A DNA stretch of 28,270 nucleotides from contig CAJINV010000032.1 in the NCBI GenBank assembly GCA_905178155.1, positions 18,110 to 46,379 of the forward strand, written 5' to 3'. Of the stretch, positions 23,801 through 28,270 are shown piece after piece; position 1 is the first letter of the stretch, and every line of letters begins with the position of its first letter. Both the position numbers and the translations under genes were made by a program. The stretch comes from Amoebophrya sp. A120 (taxonomy: Eukaryota; Protista; Dinoflagellata). Below the pieces are notes generated by a model, which had not been told where the DNA came from, made no database searches, and saw only the letters and a program-made list of their open reading frames with translations.

Positions 23801-26300
23801 CGCTTGGAAGTTGATTTTCGATTGTTTTTCTTGGTTTCCTGTGCTTTCGCAACCTCCTTTCCACCGAGCGATCGGCCCCTCGTCTTCGACGAAACCGTAT
23901 CACCTGCAAAAATGTTTGGGTTCTTTGGAAGAGCCAAAGTTGTGATCATGCTGCATTTGGATGCTAAAAAAATCTGTATTGCATGAGGAGCAAGAGGAGG
24001 TAAATTTCGCTACGCGGAGAGGGGGCATTTGTCATGCAGAATGCGCATCGATGGGCGCTCAAAAAATCTGTGATGCTACTTATGGCATACATCACAGAAA
24101 TCATGGATCACGGAAAATGTGCATGACAAACTCCTCCTCTTCCAGACCCAGATATATTTGCAGTTGATATGCCTCCGCCTCGAATTTCTTCAAAGACGCG
24201 ACTGATCCTGGGGCGACGGGTATCCTGAGGAAAAACGTCCCCACCCCAGAGTTGTCATGCAGATTTGCAATGGCAAGGACATTTGTGATGCACATACCTA
24301 TGGTAAACATTTCCAATCGTGTTTTGGAATTTGTGATGCTATGAACAGGATAAGGAGACGGATTTGTTATGCGGCTTCCCTTGCTAAGCTGCACTACAGT
24401 ACAGTGTGCAACTTCGCATGCGTGACTCCCAAAGCTTCTAGGTTTGTGTTGCAAAGTCCCCATCTTGCCTCTGGTGTGGGGACGTTTTTACTCAGGATAA
24501 CGGGCGGCTTCCGATCTCCAACCTTAGAGGATGAGGACGAGGTCGAAGAGAGTACTGGCACCAGCGATGCCTGCTGATTCATCTTCCCGGAGTCGTTATT
24601 TCCTGCGCGTTATGCATTGCAAATATGTCTGGGTCTGGAAGGTGAGAACTTGTGATGCTAACTTTGGACTCTAAGAAAATCTGTATTGCAGGACCAGCAA
24701 GACGAGCCCAGTTTGTGCTACGCGGGGAGGGCATTTGTCGTGCGGGATATGCATTAGGAAGGCCTTTAAAAATATGTGATGCTAGATCATGCATTACAGA
24801 CATCCTGAGTCATGCGAAATATGCATGACAAACCTGGCAACCTTCCAGACCCAGACATTTTTGCATTTGATACGCGTGCTGTATTTAAAGACGAGGCTGC
24901 CGCTGCAGTGGAGCTGGACTCCTGCTTCTTCTTGATGCCCGCGCCTACATCTTCCGCATTGTTCGTCTTCCCACTGCGTGCACGTGAGCGAGAACCTGCT
25001 TTCCCCTGCTGTGCACCTCTTGGTGCTACCGGAGGCATATGAACTGCAAAAATTGTATCGCACTCGTCGTGTAAATGCATTTACAAATTTCCTCAGCATG
25101 AGCAATGAAATTTGTAATGCGGATTTAGTTTAAGAAAAATATTTGTAATGCATGCATGACTGCAATTACTCCGAGTACGAAACTTTTGCACAGGATAAGG
25201 TACCAGAGCCGGAGGTTTGGCGGCCAGAACAGCCGACGAACTCGAGCTTGGTTGTCCCGGAGCGTTTGGTATGCATTGCAAATATGTCTGGGGCTGCGGC
25301 TGGAAACTTGTAATGCTAAAAGTGAATGGTAGACGCACTGCAATACGCAGCTACGCAAGACAAATTTTTTGGCTGCCATGTCTTACGTATTCCGCATGGC
25401 AAACTGCGTTTTTGCATGACAGGCAGCAGGGCCTTTCCGTGCCTAGGCAACACAGATTCATCTCGAGTCATGCCACACAAACATGACAAAGTTGCATTCT
25501 TCCAGACCCAGACACTTTCACAGTTGATATTGGGGCGATGCGGCCTGGGAGATTTGCATCCCGCGGCCAGGATTTTCTCCGCCAGGTTCTTCTCCCCATG
25601 TGTGCCGCCTTTTGGTGCTACCGGAGGTATATGAACTGCAAAAATTGCATCGCACTCGTGTAAATGCATTACACATTTCCTCAGCATGAGAAATGAAATT
25701 TGTAATGCGGATTTAGCTTAAGAAAAAAATTTGTAATGCATGATTGCAATTACTACGAGTGCGAGTACGAAACTTTTGCACAGGATAAGGTACCACAGCC
25801 GGAGGTTTGGCGGCCGGAACAGCCACCGCTAGCTGTACGTGCTTCGCATCCGGTTTCTGCACACCGGATTTGACAGATTTCGCATCGCCCCGAGAACAAG
25901 CTCTCGCTTTCGAGGCGGCGAGCCGCCTGGGTGCTACCGGAGGTACCAGAGCCGGAGGTTTGGCGGCCGGAACAGCAGACGAGCTGGAGCTTGATTGTCC
26001 CGAAGCGTTGGCGGGTATGCATTGCAAATATGTCTGGGTCTGGAAGGTTGCAACTTGTCATGCTGTCTCTGGATCGTGCAAAAATCTGTGTTGCATGAAT
26101 GCCAGAAGCTGTCCACTTTTGACCAAGTTGAGAGCAGTTTCTCATGCAGGATCGGCATGATAGAGATCTCACAGAATCTGTCACGCTAGGCCCTGCATTC
26201 TGCATTCCAGACAACATGGATCATGGAAAATCTGCATGACAAATCTCGGAACCTTCCAGACCCAGACACTTTTGCATTTGATACTGGGACGATGCGCCAT
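5837..26300 (-). CDS. Large (~2284 aa) putative DNA/chromatin-binding protein, 49 exons: low-complexity and repeat-rich N-terminal half, AT-hook, acidic middle, Cys/His motifs, Lys/Ala-rich C-terminal tail
   Basis: Inter-element segments (each includes both DR copies; drop 5 nt per junction): 26284-26300, 25788-26015, 25530-25629, 25198-25269, 24873-25037, 24500-24610, 24170-24220, 23516-23897, 23098-23271, 22262-22813, 21653-22042, 20683-21388, 20187-20471, 19889-19934, 19412-19626, 19084-19257, 18698-18811, 18374-18414, 18088-18164, 17880-17930, 17567-17592, 17270-17314, 16969-17047, 16567-16644, 16106-16326, 15860-15956, 15612-15706, 15277-15350, 14716-15105, 14315-14465, 14014-14057, 13723-13754, 13554-13573, 13185-13285, 12760-12912, 12395-12551, 12177-12214, 11989-12030, 11689-11712, 11500-11538, 10981-11202, 10675-10737, 10277-10392, 9740-10070, 7245-7472, 6929-6970, 6601-6648, 6225-6278, 5837-5970. 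Sum 7095 - 48x5 = 6855 nt = 2285 codons; all 48 junctions checked by hand stay in one stop-free frame (MAHRP...AAKKKPAAKKK*). The start codon is uncertain because the frame stays open upstream. Confidence 0.9.
5971..6224. mobile_element. IR introner family A (intron)
   Basis: TATCAAATGCAAAAGTGTCTGGGTCTGG...TTGCAATTCATA; DR CTGCG/CTGTG; frame restored. Confidence 0.9.
6279..6600. mobile_element. IR introner family C (intron)
   Basis: TATCAAAGTGAAAAATCCCCC...GGGGATTTTTCATTTTGATA; DR GCTTT/GCTTT. Confidence 0.92.
6649..6928. mobile_element. IR introner family B (intron)
   Basis: TATCCTGAGTAAAAACGTACCCAC...GTGGGTACGTTTTTACTCAGGATA; DR CCTGT/CCTGT. Confidence 0.93.
6971..7244. mobile_element. 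IR introner family A (intron)
   Basis: Family A TIRs; DR GATCT/GATCT. Confidence 0.93.
7826..8668. repeat. ~65-70 bp tandem repeat inside the nested element
   Basis: Unit approx. TATTGGCCACGCCTACCGACCTACCCACCCACC-N-GGTGGGTGGGTGGGGCGAGCGTGCGCTGCC, roughly a dozen copies. Confidence 0.95.
8925..9210. repeat. Array of GCARCACAGAT(TTG) motifs inside the nested element
   Basis: About a dozen copies, e.g. 8927, 9003, 9036, 9060, 9136, 9158, 9179, separated by GCGC-rich spacers. Confidence 0.85.
10071..10276. mobile_element. IR introner family D (intron)
   Basis: TATGGAAAGAAAAAAGTTTGTCAC...GTGACGAACTTTTTTTGTTTGATA; DR ATCTT/ATCTT. Confidence 0.9.
10393..10674. mobile_element. IR introner family B (intron)
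   Basis: Family B TIRs; DR CAACT/CAACT. Confidence 0.93.
10738..10980. mobile_element. IR introner family E (intron)
   Basis: TATGACAGTGCACAACACCCCCTCCCCC...GGGGGAGTTGTGCAGTCTCATA; DR TGCTG/TGCAT. Confidence 0.9.
11203..11499. mobile_element. IR introner family A (intron)
   Basis: TATCCACTGCAAATAT...ATATTTGCAGTGCATA; DR TAGAC/TACAC. Confidence 0.88.
11539..11688. mobile_element. IR introner family F (intron)
   Basis: TATCCTGTGCAAAAGTATCG...CGATGCTTTTGCATTTCATA; DR AAACT/AAGCT. Confidence 0.9.
11713..11988. mobile_element. IR introner family A (intron)
   Basis: Family A TIRs; DR TCTGG/TCTGG. Confidence 0.92.
12031..12176. mobile_element. IR introner family F (intron)
   Basis: Family F TIRs; DR CGATG/CATTG; frame restored. 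Confidence 0.88.
12215..12394. mobile_element. IR introner family G (intron)
   Basis: TATCACACAGAAAAATAAGC...GCTTTTTTCTCTGGGATA; DR CACGT/CACGC. Confidence 0.87.
12552..12759. mobile_element. IR introner family H (intron)
   Basis: TATCCAAGAAAAAAAGTGTGAAGTGTAA...TTACACTTACACAGTTTTTTTCTTGCATA; DR AAGTG/AAGTG. Confidence 0.92.
12913..13184. mobile_element. IR introner family A, diverged (intron)
   Basis: TATGCATTGCAAAGATGTCTGGG...CCCAGACACTCTTGCAATTGATA; DR ACCGG/GCCGT. Confidence 0.87.
13286..13553. mobile_element. IR introner family A (intron)
   Basis: Family A TIRs; DR decayed TTTTT/CCTTG; frame restored. Confidence 0.87.
13574..13722. mobile_element. IR introner family F (intron)
   Basis: Family F, opposite orientation to 11539-11688; DR TGTCC/TGTCC. 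Confidence 0.92.
13755..14013. mobile_element. IR introner family A (intron)
   Basis: Family A TIRs; DR CCTCC/CCTCC. Confidence 0.92.
14058..14314. mobile_element. IR introner family A (intron)
   Basis: Family A TIRs; DR TCCCC/TCGCC. Confidence 0.91.
14466..14715. mobile_element. Highly degenerate IR introner (intron)
   Basis: TATTCTACAGAAAAGTAGAAGTACACC...GGTGTACAACATTTGTGTTTGCATGGGATA; DR lost (TGCAT/ATATT); removal +5 nt joins MKTD to SDHNEN in frame. Confidence 0.7.
15106..15276. mobile_element. IR introner family F (intron)
   Basis: Family F TIRs; DR TCCAA/TCAAA. Confidence 0.88.
15351..15611. mobile_element. IR introner family A (intron)
   Basis: Family A TIRs; DR ATTCG/ATTCG. Confidence 0.92.
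15707..15859. mobile_element. IR introner family F (intron)
   Basis: Family F TIRs; DR GGTTT/GGTTT. Confidence 0.92.
15957..16105. mobile_element. IR introner family F (intron)
   Basis: Family F TIRs; DR TCCTG/TCCTG. Confidence 0.92.
16327..16566. mobile_element. IR introner family E (intron)
   Basis: TATGGAAGTGCACAAG...GTTGTGCACTGTCATA; DR TCGTT/TCGCC. Confidence 0.88.
16645..16968. mobile_element. IR introner family C (intron)
   Basis: TATCGTAAGGAAAAATCCCCCTCCCCATATC...GATATGGGGAGGGGGCATTTTTCCTTTTGATA; DR CGAAA/CGAAA. Confidence 0.92.
17048..17269. mobile_element. IR introner family B (intron)
   Basis: TATCCTGTGTAAAAAC...GTTTTTACATAGGGTA; DR AAGTC/AAGTC. Confidence 0.9.
17315..17566. 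mobile_element. IR introner family A (intron)
   Basis: Family A TIRs; DR AAGAA/AAGAA; near-identical to 19935-20186. Confidence 0.93.
17593..17879. mobile_element. IR introner family A (intron)
   Basis: Family A TIRs; DR TGCGA/TGCGA. Confidence 0.92.
17931..18087. mobile_element. IR introner family F (intron)
   Basis: Family F TIRs; DR CTTCC/CTTCC. Confidence 0.92.
18165..18373. mobile_element. IR introner family H-like (intron)
   Basis: TATCCCACGAAACAACTGTTTCACTGTGA...TCACAATGAAGCAGTTTTTTCTTGCGATA; DR CGTGC/CGTTC. Confidence 0.88.
18415..18697. mobile_element. IR introner family B (intron), inverted relative to 6649-6928
   Basis: Interior is the reverse complement of the 4997 and 6649 copies; DR TGCGG/TGCGC. 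Confidence 0.92.
18812..19083. mobile_element. IR introner family A (intron)
   Basis: Family A TIRs; DR TATGG/TTTGG. Confidence 0.91.
19258..19411. mobile_element. IR introner family F (intron)
   Basis: TATCCTGTGCAAAAGTATCG...CGATACTTTTGCACAGGATA; DR TCGCA/TCGCA. Confidence 0.93.
19627..19888. mobile_element. IR introner family A (intron)
   Basis: Family A TIRs; DR ATGAG/AGGAG. Confidence 0.91.
19935..20186. mobile_element. IR introner family A (intron)
   Basis: Family A TIRs; DR TGGGG/TGGGG. Confidence 0.93.
20472..20682. mobile_element. IR introner family H-like (intron)
   Basis: TATCACAAGAAAAAAGTGCTACAGTTACACAT...ATGTGTAACTGTAGCATTTTTTTCTTGCGATA; DR AAGTC/AAGTC. Confidence 0.92.
21389..21652. 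mobile_element. IR introner family A (intron)
   Basis: Family A TIRs; DR CCTTG/CCTTG; empty paralogous site at 20862-20866. Confidence 0.94.
22043..22261. mobile_element. IR introner family E (intron)
   Basis: TATGACAGTGCACAACTCCCCCTCCCCC...GGGGGTTGTGCAGTGTCATA; DR CTTCC/CTTTC. Confidence 0.91.
22814..23097. mobile_element. IR introner family I with ~50-bp TIR (intron)
   Basis: TATGGGAGTGTCAGGATTGAAATCGTCAAAGTTGAAAT...ATTTCAACTTTGTCGATTTCAAACCTGACGCTTCCATA; DR GGTCA/GGTCA. Confidence 0.92.
23272..23515. mobile_element. IR introner family H-like, diverged (intron)
   Basis: TATCGTGGGAAAAAAATGTCTCAGT...ACTGAGACAGATTTTTCTTGCGATA; DR decayed GGTTT/AGTGC; frame restored. Confidence 0.85.
23898..24169. 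mobile_element. IR introner family A (intron)
   Basis: Family A TIRs; DR decayed AACCG/TGCCT; frame restored. Confidence 0.87.
24221..24499. mobile_element. IR introner family B (intron)
   Basis: Family B TIRs; DR ACGGG/ACGGG. Confidence 0.93.
24611..24872. mobile_element. IR introner family A (intron)
   Basis: Family A TIRs; DR CGCGT/CGCGT; very similar to 21389-21652. Confidence 0.93.
25038..25197. mobile_element. IR introner family F (intron)
   Basis: Family F TIRs; DR AGGCA/AGGTA. Confidence 0.92.
25270..25529. mobile_element. IR introner family A (intron)
   Basis: Family A TIRs; DR TTTGG/TTGGG. Confidence 0.9.
25630..25787. mobile_element. IR introner family F (intron)
   Basis: Family F TIRs; DR AGGTA/AGGTA; empty paralogous site at 25941-25945. 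Confidence 0.93.
26016..26283. mobile_element. IR introner family A (intron)
   Basis: Family A TIRs; DR GCGGG/CTGGG. Confidence 0.9.
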
Positions 26301-26419
26301 GGCAGATTTGCTCCCCGGTGCAGAGGCGGGATCCCACGGAAAAGCATCCCCATAACAGAAAAACGCTGAATTTGCGTTGCTGTTTTTCTGTCCCAAAACA
26401 AAGCGGCGCGCGTCAAGAT

Positions 26420-28270
26420 GGTGGCCCGCGGGCTTGCGGGAAAACAGCGAAAAACGAAGAAGGAAAGCGCGCGCCCGCCCACCTCTTCCGCCTGGCTTAC
26501 TCTGGTAAGAAAGCCGGGCCAACGAATACGAGCCAGAAAGCTCGGCCAGACGACACACACGGGGCGGGGTTCCTGTTTTTTTTCCGGCAGTCTTCTCTGG
26601 GGCGCGCGGTCGCCGCGCGCCCCGAAGGAGCTCGCCCGAAACGAGACGCGCTAGCCCATCGCGAAGCGCGCGGGAAAACAGCGAAAAGCGAAGAAGGGAA
26701 GCGCGCGCCGGCCCACCTCTACCGCCTGGCTACACTTACTCTGGTAAGGGAGCCGTGCCAGCGAAGGAATGCGAGCCAGAAAGGTCGGCCAGACGACCCA
26801 CGCGGGGCGGGGTTCTGATTTTTTTTCGGCAGTTTTCTTTGGGGCGAGCGGTCGCCGCGCGCCCCAAAGGAGCTCTTCCGCAACGAAATGCGCCAGCCCG
26901 TCGCGAAGTGCGCGGGAAAACAACGAAAAACGAAGAAGGAAAGCGCGCGCCCGCCCAACTCTTCCGCCTGGCTTACTCTGGTAAGAAAGCCGGGCCAACG
27001 AATGCGGGCCAGAAAGCTCGGCCAGACGACGCACACGGGGCGGGGTTCCGGTTTTTTTTCCGGCAGTCTTCCTCGGGGCGCGCGGTCGCCGCGCGCCCCG
27101 AGGGAGCTCTGAGAAAACGAAATGCGCCAGCCTATCACAAAGTGCGCGGGAAAACAACGAAAAGCGAAGAAGGAACACGCGCGCCCGCCCACCTCTTCCG
27201 CCTGGCTTACTCTGGTAAGGGAGCCGGGCCAACGAATGCGGCCGGGCCAGAAAGCTCGGCCAGACGGCGCACGCGGGGCGGGGTTCCGGTTTTTTTTCCG
27301 GCAGTCTTCTTTGGGGCGCGCGGTCGCCGCGCGCCCCGAAGGAGCTCTCCCACAGCGAAATGCGCCGGCCTATCGCGAACCGTGCGGGAAAACAACGAAA
27401 AACGAAGAAGGAAAGCGCGCGCCCGCCCACCTCTTCCGCCTGGCTTACTCTGATAAGGGAGCCGGGCCAACGAATGCGAACCAGAAAGCTCGGCCAGACG
27501 CCGCACACGGGGCGGGGCTCCGTTTTTTCTTCCGGCAGTCTTCTTTGGGGCGCGCGGTCGCCGCGCGCCCCGAAGGAGCTCTGAGCCAACCAAACGCGCC
27601 AGGCCATCGCGAAGTGCGCGGGAAAACAACGAAAAACGAAGAAGGAAAGCGCGCGCCCGCCCACCTCTTCCGCCTGGCTTACTCTGGTAAGGGAGCCGGG
27701 CTAACGAATGCGAGCCAGAAAGCTCGGCCAGACGCCGCACACGGGGCGGGGCTCCGGTTTTTTTCCCGGCCACCTTCTTTGGGGCGCGCGGTCGCCGCGC
27801 GCCCCGAAGGAACTCTCCCGCAACGAAATGCGCCAGCCCATCGCGAAGCGCGCGGAAAAACAGCGAAAGGCGAAGAAGGAAAGCGCGCGCCCGCCCACCT
27901 CTTCCGCCTGGCTTACTCTGGTAGGGGAGCCGGGCAAACGAATGCGAGCCAGAAAGTTCGACCAGACGACGCACACGGGGCGGGGTTCCGTTTTTTCTCC
28001 CATCCGGCAGTCTTCTTTGGGGCGCGCGGTCGCCGCGCGCCCCGAAGGAGCTCTGAGCCAACGAAATGCGCCAGCCCGTCGCGAAGTGCGCGGGGAAACA
28101 GCGAAAAACGAAGAAGGAAAGCGCGCGCCCGTCCACCTCTTCCGCCTGGCTTACTCTGGTAAGGGAGCCGGGCCAGCGAATGCGAGCGAGCCAGAAAGCG
28201 CGGCCAGACGCCGCACAAGGGTCGGGGTTCCGGTTTTTTTTCCGGCCGTCTTCTTTGGGGCGCGTGGTCA
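26420..28270. repeat. GC-rich tandem repeat, ~235-bp unit, ~8 copies, running off the right edge
   Basis: GGGAAAACARCGAAAAACGAAGAAGGAAAGCGCGCG recurs near 26437, 26671, 26913, 27147, 27385, 27619, 27853 and 28092. Confidence 0.97.

Noticed and set aside
11539-25787. Family F length (146-171 bp) matching a nucleosome core
   Set aside because: Other families are 180-324 bp; nothing supports this beyond coincidence.
5188-26217. The many short ORFs on both strands (recurring CKNVWVWK, FQTQTFLHL, PDPDIFAFD, AKMSGSG)
   Set aside because: They are translations of element TIRs or antisense shadows of exons.
4997-26283. Repeat/unique alternation as a CRISPR-like array or integron cassettes
   Set aside because: The unique parts join into one continuous reading frame, and the repeats are multi-family TIR elements with TSDs.
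4997-26283. Ciliate-type TA-bounded IES
   Set aside because: Those IESs leave one TA at the junction; here both TA ends must go together with one copy of an arbitrary 5-bp repeat. DNA-level excision of another kind is not excluded.
26318-28218. Long ORFs in the tandem arrays (also 178-1466 and 7771-9400)
   Set aside because: Stop-poor GC-rich repeats are open in several frames on both strands; no coding signal.

Overview
Eukaryotic (protist-like) DNA between two GC-rich tandem arrays (35-bp unit at 1-~905; ~235-bp unit at ~26420-28270). The main content is one minus-strand gene (stop 5837, probable ATG 26300) that the ORF track cannot show, because it is broken into 49 exons by 48 short insertion elements (mostly 146-324 bp). 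Two more such elements lie just downstream of the stop. The elements start TAT, end ATA (one ends GTA), have terminal inverted repeats and are flanked by 5-bp direct repeats (27 of 50 perfect). They fall into about 9 families and share an internal motif, GCATNACARA. Removing each element plus one 5-nt repeat copy by hand gives one stop-free frame of 6855 nt (~2284 aa), with no consistent GT-AG. This matches inverted-repeat 'introner' non-canonical introns of the kind described in the parasitic dinoflagellate Amoebophrya; that taxon assignment is an inference. One introner holds a nested 1.93-kb element with 80-bp TIRs. The protein has internal repeats, an AT-hook, weak hAT-transposase-like motifs and a Lys/Ala-rich tail. 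Region ~905-4996 has no recognisable elements and holds a diverged duplicated ORF/pseudogene pair.
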